DNA of 63,876 bases, the filler included, from an uncultured Rhodopirellula sp. (GTDB lineage Bacteria > Planctomycetota > Planctomycetia > Pirellulales > Pirellulaceae), in assembly GCA_964007735.1 (NCBI GenBank). It is 3 parts of 3 records of this genome, joined end to end, with 100 filler letters (N's around TTAATTAATTAA, not from the genome) between each part and the next. Parts side by side here need not be neighbours in the genome. Positions count along the whole stretch, not along the records: positions 1 to 29,237 come from CAXGAI010000052.1; 2 more parts are not named here. One strand, 5' to 3'. The translations under genes were made by a program, and so were the position numbers. Shown here one piece after another: positions 18,014 to 29,337 of this stretch. Every line of letters begins with the position of its first letter. Position 1 is the stretch's first letter. The notes below the pieces were generated by a model, which saw only the letters and a program-made list of their open reading frames with translations, did no database searches and was not told where the DNA came from.

Positions 18014-19267
18014 ATGCCATGTAACGATTACAAGCTGAGTAGAAGAGCGATGATGGGCGCTACGAGTGCTTCAATCCTCGGGTTTAGTATCCGTGACCTT
18101 TTGGCTTACTCTGGGGCAGACCACGAAGCCAAAGCAGAGCATGTGATCTTGTTCTGGAACGGTGGCGGAATGTCACATATCGATACCTGGGATCCTAAGC
18201 CGGGACGTCCTACTCAGGGTGAATTCAATCCGATTAACACATCGGCACCTGGTGTTCAGATTTCTGAGATCTTTCCGAAGCTTTCGAAACAAATGCATAA
18301 CGCTGCTCTGATTCGTTCGATCGCCGGGACGCAGGGAGCTCACGGTCGTGCTAGTTATAATCTTCAGACCAGTTATTTACCGGGTCCAAACCTGCGCCAT
18401 CCAGGCGTTGGTTCTGTGGTTGTTCATGAGCTTGAAAATAATAGCGATTTACCTCCCTATATTACGATCAGCGGTCAGGCTCCTCGAGCCAGTTACCTTG
18501 GTCAGAAGTGTGAGGCTTACTATGTCGCAGCTCCTGGTGAAAAAGATCCCTACCTGGCATTTCCTTCAGGCATCAGTCAGGTTCGCGGTGATCGTCGCCT
18601 TGATCAGCTGGCGAAGTTCAATCAGCGATTTTTGGATAAGAAAAATGATACACGTCTGACTTCGACTCAGACGTCTATCGAAGATGCCGTCCGTCTGATG
18701 CGTTCGCCAGCCCTGGAAGCTTTTGAGCTGGATAAGGTTGGTTCTAAAACTTTGGAACGCTACGGTGATACCAACTTTGGTCGCGGAGCTTTGATGGCAA
18801 AACGACTAGTAGAGAAAGGCGTCCGGTTTGTTCAGGTGAATCGTGGTGGTTTTGATACGCATGGCAACAACTTCCCTGCGATGTCAAATCACGGTGAAGT
18901 GATGGACCCGGCACTGGCTTCTTTGGTGGAAGATCTGAGTGAGTCGGGAATGTTGGAAAAAACAATGGTGATAATGCTCAGTGAATTCGGACGAACACCC
19001 CGGATTAACGACAATGCAGGACGCGATCACTGGGCGTCCGTCTTTAGCTGCTTTATGGCTGGCGGTGGCATTCAAGGGGGACAGGTTATTGGTTCCTCTG
19101 ATGAAGATGGAGCGATGCCGAATGATCGTCCGGTGCAGGTTGCTGATATTCATGCAACCTTGTGCCATGCGATGGGTATTGATCATGAGAAAGAAGTCAT
19201 GACCCCCTTACTCCGCCCAATGAAATTGGTTGATAACGGAGCTCCGGTTATGGAGTTGTTTAGTTAA
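18014..19267 (+). CDS. DUF1501 domain protein with Tat-like signal
   Basis: SRRAMM; GGMSHIDTWDPKP, RLVEKGVRFV, FDTH, SEFGRTP and GRDHW motifs; AGGAG before ATG 18014. The ORF track starts at 17981. Confidence 0.92.
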   Translation: MPCNDYKLSRRAMMGATSASILGFSIRDLLAYSGADHEAKAEHVILFWNGGGMSHIDTWDPKPGRPTQGEFNPINTSAPGVQISEIFPKLSKQMHNAALIRSIAGTQGAHGRASYNLQTSYLPGPNLRHPGVGSVVVHELENNSDLPPYITISGQAPRASYLGQKCEAYYVAAPGEKDPYLAFPSGISQVRGDRRLDQLAKFNQRFLDKKNDTRLTSTQTSIEDAVRLMRSPALEAFELDKVGSKTLERYGDTNFGRGALMAKRLVEKGVRFVQVNRGGFDTHGNNFPAMSNHGEVMDPALASLVEDLSESGMLEKTMVIMLSEFGRTPRINDNAGRDHWASVFSCFMAGGGIQGGQVIGSSDEDGAMPNDRPVQVADIHATLCHAMGIDHEKEVMTPLLRPMKLVDNGAPVMELFS

Positions 19268-19312
19268 TCAGTCAGCCAGTTTGTTACGCTCTAGTTAATA
19301 AGTTCTATAATG

Positions 19313-19354
19313 AAACCTGGCTTGCCAAGTAGATTTGGTTGGCCAGGTTTTTTT
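19313..19354 (+). terminator. Probable intrinsic terminator
   Basis: AAACCTGGC...GCCAGG stem followed by T7. Confidence 0.6.
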
Positions 19355-19410
19355 GTCGCTTGATGCGACACTACAATTTGATTGATCATAAGATCGAGGT
19401 ATTCAGGATT

Positions 19411-21873
19411 ATGTTGCGTCTCCCCCTCTACGCAGTAGGCCTCTCGGTAGCCTTTGCTCTTCTCGTCTTTTATCCAGCCAGTAAGGTTATCGCTCAGGAT
19501 CAATCTGGTTCCCCGACTCCTTCCGGCATGCGTGGGTCTTTGGTGGAAGATCGTGCTGCTCGCCAGTTGATTGATGCTGGTGATGCCCGTATGGATGCCA
19601 ATGAGACGGAAAAGGCGTTGGAGATTTGGAAGTCGGTCATCGAACGGTATCCTCGAAGCCGCGTTCGGTTTACAGCTCATATAAAACTGGGGAAATACTA
19701 TCTTGACCGGGAACGAGCTTATGATCGGGCCAGAACTCACTTTGAAGAAGTGACGATTGAAGATAACCGTGATGATGACCAGCGCGCGGACGCGTTGTTA
19801 AATGTCGGCATCTGCCACTATTGGTCACGTTTGTACGGTAAGTGTTTCCAGGTTATGCGAGACGTGATTGAAGAGTTTCCTGTTAGCCCCCAAGTGAATC
19901 AAGCCTATTACTACATCGGGTTGGGACATTTTCAGCAGGGACACTATAGTCGAGCGATTGAGGCTCTGGAGAAAGTCGGGACCACGCTGACTGACGAAGA
20001 TAGCAACAACGAGAAACTTGAAGCGGGGAAACGTTTTTTCGTCAAGGTTGAGGATGCTGATCTGGCTGTGCTCGATGCGGAGGACAGCATCGATGTCGTT
20101 TGTAAGTCATCTGGTGGAGACGAAGAGATTGTGAAGTGTTTCCCGATCGGGCGTAATGTCCGGATCGTACTTGGATCCGTCCAGACAGGGCTTGGTATTC
20201 CTAAGCCAAACAACGGAACATTGGAAGTGAAAGGTGGAGATACCGTGCAGGTGTTGTATACCGATGCGCATACGGAAGAAAAAAAGGTTGATGTCGAGGT
20301 GCTGTCCGAAGTTACTGTCGTTGGTGATGGCGTGGTGCAATTCAAGGACGGTGCCTTCAGTGAATCTTTGAATGGTGTCGTGATCGGAAAGACGGCCAAT
20401 ATTGAAATTGTGGATGCTGATCGTGATGTGTCTGAGAATGCTGACGCCATTGAGGCCACGATCTCTATCTATAGACGCAAGACCGATGAAGAAATTGAAA
20501 ATGAGAAGGCTGAATTGATTGCCCAGGCAGGAGTTCCGGAAGGTGATAATCCTCCGGCTAACCCATCGCTTGACGATATTCCATTGTTCGACGAAGAAGA
20601 GGAAAAGGTTGATCCGTTTAAATTAATAGAAACCCTGAAAGTGACTTTGACTGAGGTGAAGTTGGAAAGGCAGCGTAAACAGATCTTGGTGGTGCCGGAA
20701 GAAGGTAGCGAGGCATTGGGAGATCCGGCAACGGCTGAACCGCTGACCACAGGAGAAACTCAAACGGCAGATGCGGAAACGGTGGTTGGCCAGGGGATAC
20801 CAGCGACTCCCGATCAGCAAGAGGTTGTTGAAGATGAAGCGGAAGCCAAAGCCGTACATAGCGGTGTATTTCGAACGACAATTGCTGTCATGCGAGCAGA
20901 ACAAGTTGTGGCAGATGCTCAATTGCAGGCGATGCCCGGGGACCAGATTCGTATTACTTATGAAGATCAACTGCATACCGGAGAAGGAGTTGCCGTATTG
21001 ACTTCGAAAGGTCGATGTCTTGAGGGTAATATTGGCGGCGTGCGTGTGACACGAGCATTGATTTCTGATGAAGAATTGCGAGTCCAAACTCAGTTGAAGA
21101 CGGCCGACGCATTGACCCGTATTGGAAACCGATACAAAGAATTCGGTCTGAAAAAGAAAGCCGAAGAGAAATACGGTCAGGCGTTAGGTGTGTGTGAACA
21201 GATCATGCCGGACGTTCAAAAGCTTCGTGGCCGACTTCTTGAAGAGACTTATGTCCAGCTGTGGCACATTTATTTTGAGATGGATCGTTTGAATTTGGCC
21301 GCTGCTATGTGTGAGCGATTGCAGCGAGAGTTTCCTGCGAGTGGTTTTGTCGATGATGCTCTGCTGCAGTTGGCCGATGTGGCTCGAGTCGAGGGGGATC
21401 TTAACCGGGCGATCGGCATTTATACTCGGTTGGCAAATATGAAAACCAGTCAATTGAGAGGGGAGGCTCAGTTTGGCATTGCGGAGTGTTTTGAAGCGAT
21501 GGCAGATGCTCAAACGAGTGAAGCGGGTGCAGCTCAGTTAAAAGACAAAGCATTTCAGGAGTATAAGAAGGTATACGACCAGTTCCCTGAAAGTGGCCGC
21601 GTCGGAGAAGCAGTAGCTAAAATGGCGAACCACTACTACATACAGAAAGATTATTCGCGAGCGATTGATACGTTCGAGACGGTTCTCGAGAGTCACCCGG
21701 ATGCCCGTTTCTTGGATGTTATCTTGTTCAATTATGGACGATGTTTGTTTCGGATGAATCGCCGCGGTCCTGCACGACAGCGATTTGAACAATTGATAGC
21801 AGACTTCCCGGAAAGTACTTTGGCTCAGGAAGCTAAAAAAATTGCAGAAGCTTTGAAGAACGCCGGGTTTTAG
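19411..21873 (+). CDS. Exported TPR protein (BamD/CpoB-like repeats) with two central Ig-like modules
   Basis: Signal peptide ending VIA-Q; TPR helices with YPxS/FPxS turns at both ends; central VEDADL...LEVKGGDTVQVLYTD and VDADRD...HSGVF...GDQIRITYED modules. The ORF track starts at 19339. Confidence 0.85.
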   Translation: MLRLPLYAVGLSVAFALLVFYPASKVIAQDQSGSPTPSGMRGSLVEDRAARQLIDAGDARMDANETEKALEIWKSVIERYPRSRVRFTAHIKLGKYYLDRERAYDRARTHFEEVTIEDNRDDDQRADALLNVGICHYWSRLYGKCFQVMRDVIEEFPVSPQVNQAYYYIGLGHFQQGHYSRAIEALEKVGTTLTDEDSNNEKLEAGKRFFVKVEDADLAVLDAEDSIDVVCKSSGGDEEIVKCFPIGRNVRIVLGSVQTGLGIPKPNNGTLEVKGGDTVQVLYTDAHTEEKKVDVEVLSEVTVVGDGVVQFKDGAFSESLNGVVIGKTANIEIVDADRDVSENADAIEATISIYRRKTDEEIENEKAELIAQAGVPEGDNPPANPSLDDIPLFDEEEEKVDPFKLIETLKVTLTEVKLERQRKQILVVPEEGSEALGDPATAEPLTTGETQTADAETVVGQGIPATPDQQEVVEDEAEAKAVHSGVFRTTIAVMRAEQVVADAQLQAMPGDQIRITYEDQLHTGEGVAVLTSKGRCLEGNIGGVRVTRALISDEELRVQTQLKTADALTRIGNRYKEFGLKKKAEEKYGQALGVCEQIMPDVQKLRGRLLEETYVQLWHIYFEMDRLNLAAAMCERLQREFPASGFVDDALLQLADVARVEGDLNRAIGIYTRLANMKTSQLRGEAQFGIAECFEAMADAQTSEAGAAQLKDKAFQEYKKVYDQFPESGRVGEAVAKMANHYYIQKDYSRAIDTFETVLESHPDARFLDVILFNYGRCLFRMNRRGPARQRFEQLIADFPESTLAQEAKKIAEALKNAGF

Positions 21874-21966
21874 TCTGGCGATTACTCTTCTCGCTCTATC
21901 GCTGGACAGAGCCCCACAAAAATTAATTGACGGATTTTCGCTGGAAAAAATAGAAAAACAAAAACG

Positions 21967-24900
21967 ATGAACAAGCAATTTAATGAGAACTGTTTTCGAT
22001 TAGCACCACGCCCGGTTTTGATTTTGGCAGTAGTGTTGATCACGTCAATTACCATCCCGGGAAGTGTTTACGGACAAGTAGAGGCTGACCCGGCTTCTGA
22101 GCCCTCCGCTATTAACCAACGGTTGAGTCAGCTCGAATCTGAGCTCGGAAAATATAAAGACTCCGCTCCAGAGGCAGCCAATCTGATGCTTCAATTGGCG
22201 GATGAGTATTACAAGCATGGGCGTGGGCTTGGATTGGTGCGTATTTGCCAACGCTTTACACAAGTCCACTTCAATCATCCCAAACATCGTGAAATGATGC
22301 TTAAGCTGATTGATGGCCAACAGGTTTTGTCTCGTAACAAAGAACTCATTGTAGCTTGTCGTCAACATTTGGAACGTTATGGAGCGTCTGCAGAAGCGGC
22401 AGCGATTGAAGTTCGTTTAGCAGATGCGTTGGATCAAACCACTGATCGAGAGGCAGCAGCCAAAGCAGCGGAAGTGGTCTGGAAACGGTACGGGAATTCA
22501 GTGATCGGTAAGAAGTATGTCGAACGAGCGGTGTATATCTACCAGAGTTTGCCTGGGAACGAACTGCAGACTCAGGCAGCAGTTTTGTCAGAAGAAGCAA
22601 TGGAGAAGATTCCAGCTAAGAATTTCGCGAGGGCGATGGGGCTCAATGCGGTCTATCTCTACTCGCGATTGTCGCAGCGAGTGGAATCTAACCGTGTGAT
22701 TAACCGTATGTTTCAGCGAGGACTTGCCGGCGATAGTGGACAGCAACGCGCCTCCTATTTGCAGATGGCATCAAATTACGAGCAGCTTCAGCAGTATACC
22801 AACGCCGCAAATATGTATCAGCGGGCCCGGCAGATTCGAGATGATGCGGACACTCTCTATAAACAGGCAATGGTTGTCTATAGCAGTAAAACGAATCCCG
22901 GTCAGACGGAAGGGCTGTTGAATCAATTCAAGCAAAAGTATCCGGAAGATGACCGGAAGTGGATTCTTCAACAGTATGTCGCGTCCCAGTATTACGGGGC
23001 GATGAATAATGCGAAAGCACTCCAGTTAATTCGTGATGGCTTGCAGGGTGATGCAGTAACTCACAATGCAGGTGTTGTATTTGTCACCCTTAATGGTTCA
23101 GAGCCCTCCAAATTGCAGGATACGGAACGAGTGATTCGTGAGGCGATTAATAAGTCAAAGAATCCCGCTTCACGTGCCAGACTTTACAGGAGTCTTGCCT
23201 TTGGCATCTATCAAGGTGAAGCTTTTGATCAGAATCGAGCCTTACAGTTATGTCGGGAATTTCTATCACGTTATCCGGATGGCGGAAGTGATACGGCTTA
23301 TATGATCGATTATCTGTTGAAGAATTCTGCCGATGACAATTCGTTTCGTAATGATGTCCGCATGGTACTGGCCTCGCGCAAAAAATTCCTTCAGCACTCA
23401 GGTTTGGTTTCCTATCCGGCGGCCTGGATTCAGGCCAATCGTGGAAATGCTGAATATAAAGCGAGGGCTCAAATTTTAAGGCAGGAACTGGCCACTGCCG
23501 ACAACGATGCTCTGGTCAAACTGTGGGCGAGTTCCAGCGGTAATTCGAAAGGGGCGGCAAAGGTCCGCCAGCAATTGCTGGAGTCAGGTCATTTCAATGC
23601 CATGAATAATGACATGGCGGTGAGGAAATTGACCGAACAAACATCTTATTACCGTAGTTACGCACCAACAGCTGAGCGTGGAATTGGTAACAAATATTAT
23701 GCTTTGTGGATTCGTCGTTTTCCTAACGATCTCAAGGTGGCTACGGACTACCTGTATATGGCAACGACGTACGGGACGCCTGAAGATTGTCGTTCGGCAC
23801 TTCAGCATATGCTTCGTAAGGATCCTCAAAACGCTACGTCTGTTACGTTTAATCGAATGTTAACCTGCGCTGCACGTAACGAAGATGCCAATCTTGGTCG
23901 TCAGGCATATAACTGGATTCGTCGAGAAGAACAGCAGCATGGCGTTCAGGCTTTAAGCCTGACAGCAATGGGGGATATTCTCACCGAATTGAAACTGGTT
24001 GATCTGGCAAAAGAGAGATATCAAACGGGCGCCAGTCTTCCTGTATTAACTTCGGATGGAAAAAGTTGCATTGATCGTCTTGTCGCACTCGAAGAAGATT
24101 CTGCCAAACGCCAGCAGGTGTATGAGGCCGCCTTGCGTAAAGATTCAGATCAATTTGGTTCGCTGATGCATAACATTATCTCGCTTCGTCTTGCTCCAGA
24201 GGAAGGTAAGACGATTGATTGGAATGTTGTGCTGACGCTACTCGAGCAAACACGCGATCGTGATTTAGATCGGCCATTCACTTCCTGCGGCTTTGATGTA
24301 AACACTTGCGTCGGGTATCTCTCGACGTTAAGAAGTTCTGAAACTCTGGAACCCGCTCAGATTCGACAATATCTCGAGCGTTTTGTAAAGCTTGACCTTC
24401 CATTGGTCTCGCCGGTTGCACAATTGCTCATTCTTAATGATGACGAAGTAGCCAAACCAGAGCAGATGGCAATTTTGCTGATGTATCAAAAAGCAACGTA
24501 TAACTGTGGAGAAACTTCTCAGGGATTTGATCAACTGACGCAGTTTGCAAAATCAGCGGCTGCGAATCAGCAACATATAGAAGCAACAACGATTGGTACA
24601 GGGATTTTGGCGAACTTTGCCTCGGTTGACGAAGCTCGCAGGAAGGCAGTACGGGATCTCGTCAGTCGTAGTTATACGCAGATTGGCGAAGTCGGCTTAA
24701 CTATTGATGAAGACAGTCCTATCGCACCCTTATTGCAGGCCGCTCTTTACTTGCGTCTTGGAGATCAGGAATTAGCCTTTGATCTGTACAGCGAAAACGT
24801 GGAGCTGTTTGGTGAACATCGTGAGCAGATGCCGGTGGACCTCGTCGAATTTGTTGTCGGACGCTTAATTGCGGCAGGTGGCGATGAAAACTTCAATTAT

Positions 24901-27900
24901 GTAGAAGATCTAGTGCGAACCTGGTTAGTTAAAAATAGTGAGTCAGAAGAAGTGGGTGATGATGCCAAGGCGACGATGCAATTGTTACTTGCTGAAAATT
25001 ACTTTCAAGCTCGCAGATTTGATATCGCACGCAGTGAATATACGACGGTGGTTAATCGTTATCCTGAATCTGAACAGGCCCTGGAAGCTCAGTTTGGTAT
25101 TGGCGAATCGTTTATGGAGCAAAAAGTCTTCGATCAGGCTCAGCAAGTATTCGACAAACTGGCGAATAGTAATGAAACGTTAATTGTGGTACGGGCGGAA
25201 TTCCTGCGGGGTGTTCTCTCCTTTCGCCGAGGCGATCGTGATGAGGCAAGAGATATATTCCGTAGCGTTTTGGAGAGAGTTCCTGATGTCGAGCTTGCCA
25301 ACCAAACGCTATATAACCTTGCGGAAATTTATCGCGTGGAGGAACGTTATATCGATCAGCTAAACTTGTTGCGGACGATTGGACGTTTGGGGCGACAAAG
25401 TAAAAGTCGTCACAATCCCGGAACTCCCTTGTCGATCGTCGTTCACGATAGCGATCTGGGCATTAGTCGTGGGCACAATCGGATTCCAGTAACGGTTACA
25501 ACGACGGGTGGTGATAGTGAAATGGTGTACTTGATTTCCACCGGGGCTGGGAAAGGGCTTTTTCGGGGAGATCTGGAAACAGTTTTGGGGGATGTCACTG
25601 CAGAAGACGGTTACCTCCAGCTTACCGGAAACGATGTCATTAGCTGTGACTATCCGGAAGAATTTCGTGCGGAATTTAAGAGCGTTCCTCTTTCTGATGT
25701 GGATATTCGAATAGCATCCAATGCAGAGTTTGAGATCGCAAGTAGCATCGATGGTGAAAATGAAGAAACAAGTTTCAGCGATGAATTGATTGCTCAGCAG
25801 GAAGGGACGGATGATGAGCGTTTAAGTCAGTCTCGTCCTTCGGATCAAGTAAAGCCTGGCAATCCCTTGTATATTCGAGTCGAAGATTCCGATCGTGACC
25901 TATCAGGTGAAATCGATGATCTGGTCGTGAAACTGGTCACCGATAGTGGAGATGCGGTTCAGGTTGAAATTAGAGAAACCTCTCCACACTCGGGAAGGTT
26001 TGAAGGTACGGTGGATACGAGTGAACTTCCTGCCGGAGCTTTGGCTACTGATTCTGCGATTGATCATAGTCCGCTGATGGCAATTGATAAGGATCCAAAG
26101 ACATTCTGGCTTAGCCAACCGGATGGAGCGGCTCCCAAAGACCTAACCGTCGATATGAAAGATCTGTACAGCATATCCCGAGTAAATATCGGGTCGCCAG
26201 GTTCGGATGATAATCATCCTGTTCGTATGGATTTGCTTGGTAGCTACGACGGTGAATTCTGGTTTCGTCTTTCGAGTTTCCCGCGTCGTAATCAGGTGGG
26301 GGGATTGATCGATGCAGTTTCAGGAGTGCAGCAGTTAGTTGTAATGGGAGATCACCGGAGCTATCGCGAGTGGAGTCAGGTTTTGGCATTGGCGGCTGGC
26401 AAGTCAGAGCAGTTTGCGGCGGTTGAAAATGAATTGGTTGTTCAGGAAGAAATTGTTGAAGGGGAAAAAGCTGTGGCACGAAGTGTGCTCTGGTCCGGTC
26501 TATTCAATATGGAACGCAACGCCGCAGTTCGCTTCCGGATTCAGGGGAATACAACAGCATTTTCAGTCGATGGAATTCTTGAATTGCCAGTGGCCACTGG
26601 TACGCGGACTGTCGACGTTTGGCTGGAAAAAGGAATGCATGAAATTCAGGCGTTTAGTGCGTTTGCTAATCAGGAGCAAGGGGCAAAGCTCGAATACGCT
26701 ATCGCTAGTGTGGATACTCAGCAGGTGTTGTTGCAGCCAATGCGAATGGAACAGTTTGTCGAAGCTGTCAATAAGGTTGAGTTAATCCAAACTCCAGAGA
26801 TTGTCAATCGATTTGATGTTAGTACGGCTCAGATATCCAAGAAGACGGAGACATTTGCAGTCGTCGAAAAAGATGAATGGATGGTGACGCAAAACTGGAA
26901 TATGCTGGAAGACACTTTGAGTATCAGCCTCGATGGCACGCAGGCAGGTGTTTATGAATTATGGCTCGATTACAGTCGCAGTGGGTCCGGAGCCCAGATT
27001 CAATTGACGCTTGACAATCAGGTGCTGGAGCACTCGTTGGTAAATACAGGATCTTACGACAACTACCAATCGGTCTTTATCGGGCACATCATGATTGAAG
27101 CTTCCGGTAAGAAACAACTCTTATTCACTCCGGTTACGGTGACTTCAAATTTAATGGAGTTGAAAGGTGTTGAGTTGCGGCCGATCGATCGTGACGCGGT
27201 GGTGAAAAATGGAGACAGCTGGGAATTCAGATTTCCGGAACGTGAAATTCGATATGCGAAGGTCGTTGTGAATGAATATGTGGGTGATGCAGTTGCTATT
27301 AGTCAGATGGAAGTTGGAAACGCTGACAACGGAGAAATTCAGATTCCTACAGATTCAGACATTCTCTCACTGGCAACCAATGATGTTCTGGAGATTGCTG
27401 CAGGTGACCGGGTGGTTGCGACATATACGGATGAGTACACCTTGAATGAGCTCAATACAGCACAATTGCTAACGCGTGAATTGACGGCCACTTATCACAA
27501 TGGTGAAGTCAATGCGATTTCATATAGTCTCTCAGCATCCGGAGCCGGGGGAGTCAACGCGCAACGCAAAGAGCTCATGCGAGTGGATCCGGGTGAACGT
27601 ATTGTTGTGGAAGTGGTTGATTACGATGAGGACCGTTCAAATAATGTCGACATAATTACGGTGGATGTTGTGGTCAATGATGGTGATCCGATTCAATTAG
27701 AAGCAGCAGAAACCGGACCAAATACGGGTGTCTTCACACGGGAAATTGATACGTCGTCGACCGATGCTGAAGGTAAACTCACGGTCAAGACTGGTGATGT
27801 TGTTTATCTCCGTTATCTCGATAGCCAGAACACATTTCCAGGACATACCGTACCTCGAGAAAGAATCGTATTTGTGAATGAGCCGACCGATGCTCAGATT

Positions 27901-29237
27901 CGGATTATTCCTTCGCTTGCTCAACGTACCTCGTCAACGACTCCGGCATCAGTTCAGTATCTGGCAGAATCCGAAAAACAAGATTCAGCAGCAGTTGCGT
28001 TTGACGCTCCTCTGCTTGTCGAGGTAATTGATCCGGATAGGGCCAAAGATACGGGAAGTATGGTGACCGTCGCTTTGGTCACCACTGGAGGATCCGTTGT
28101 GTTTGTGGATTGTGTGATTAGCAATGTCCATTCAGATCTCCCCCAAAGCGTGACAGATAATGAAGCATTAGTGGCGGGGCGATTCGTAGGTCAGGTCATC
28201 ATGCAACTTGGTGGAAAAGAAAGTCCTAATATCATTCCGTTAACCTCAGAGATGCCACGCGGGTTGATTGGACGAGTTCATGAGGGGAAAGAAGAAACGG
28301 AATTACTCCCAGGTTTGGTGGCAATGGTTCTAAACCTGACCGGTGAAGATGTAATCAGCTTGAGGTATAAGGACGAGGTCACCACAAATGGTGAGTCGCC
28401 GGTTCTCCAGCATAACGGCAGACTCGTCTCAACCGGAAATCTGCAGATCACCGACCGTGAATATGAAGAAGATGTCCAGTTGTTACATGTCGGGGAGAAG
28501 ATTTTTCTGAAAGTGAATGATCCAGATCAGGATTTGTCGGACGAGCGGGATAGTATCAAGGTAACGGTCACCACGGAACTTGGCGAAGTAGAAACCGTAT
28601 CCTTGTTCGAAACGACGGTTCATAGCGGGGAATTTACCGGTGCGTTTGATCTTCAAGCGACAGAGAAACCAACAGTCAATAACATCAAACCTGATGCTTC
28701 ACAAATCGAGACTTACTTTGGTGATCAGGTTACAGTGGCCTATACCGATGTGAAATCCGCTGAATCCACAGAGGCCCTCAAATTGACACAGTCACTGCCG
28801 GTCGTTGTTGGTACAGACGGGTTAGTCACCGCGTTCTCCAAGGCATTTGAGAATGAAGAGTTAGCCGTGGAAACCAAATTTCGAATTGCTGAAAGTTACT
28901 TTGAGTTATTCAAGAGCCACAAAGAACTTGGGCGTGATGAAGAGAAAACGGTCGACCTTGAGGCAGGTCGGCGGATTCTTCAGGAAGTGATGGAAGATTA
29001 TCCGGATCCAAAATACGTTCCACGTATTTCCTATTTGCTGGGGCAGTTCTCTCAGGAGCTTGAGCAGTGGTCTCAGGCAATCTCCGCTTACGAAGTCATC
29101 TTGCAACAGTACGGTGATCATACGCTGGCTCCGGACGCTCAGTATAAACTCGCTCAATGTTTAGAGTATTCCGGTGACTTTGATGAAGCATTGGAGGCTT
29201 ATGTTACGCTGGCGGCGACTTATCCAAAGAGTCCGCT
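21967..29237 (+). CDS. Giant (>2420 aa) exported TPR protein with five Ig-like repeats and discoidin/PA14/CBM-like inserts; 3'-truncated by the contig end
   Basis: Signal peptide; about 1150 aa of helical/TPR sequence; five V-x-D-x-D...G-x-F...D-x-V-x-x-x-Y modules; C-terminal TPRs (YPDPKY, YGDH, YPKSP). Open up to the N-linker; the listed stop at 29289 is the artificial linker. Confidence 0.88.
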
Positions 29238-29337
29238 NNNNNNNNNNNNNNNNNNNNNNNNNNNNNNNNNNNNNNNNNNNNTTAATTAATTAANNNNNNN
29301 NNNNNNNNNNNNNNNNNNNNNNNNNNNNNNNNNNNNN
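29238..29337. other. Artificial contig-joining linker (assembly gap)
   Basis: N44-TTAATTAATTAA-N44; the 12-mer puts stop codons in all six frames. Confidence 0.97.

Noticed and set aside
16459..20750. Longer antisense ORFs such as 16459..16722, 19944..20459 and 20469..20750
   Set aside because: They are Ser-rich mirror frames of acidic + strand genes, expected from codon bias; the same applies to most short ORFs nested in the genes above.
29282..29293. TTAATTAATTAA palindrome, repeated at 57977-57988, as a recombination or regulatory site
   Set aside because: It is centred in N44 flanks both times and gives stops in all six frames, so it is an assembly linker.
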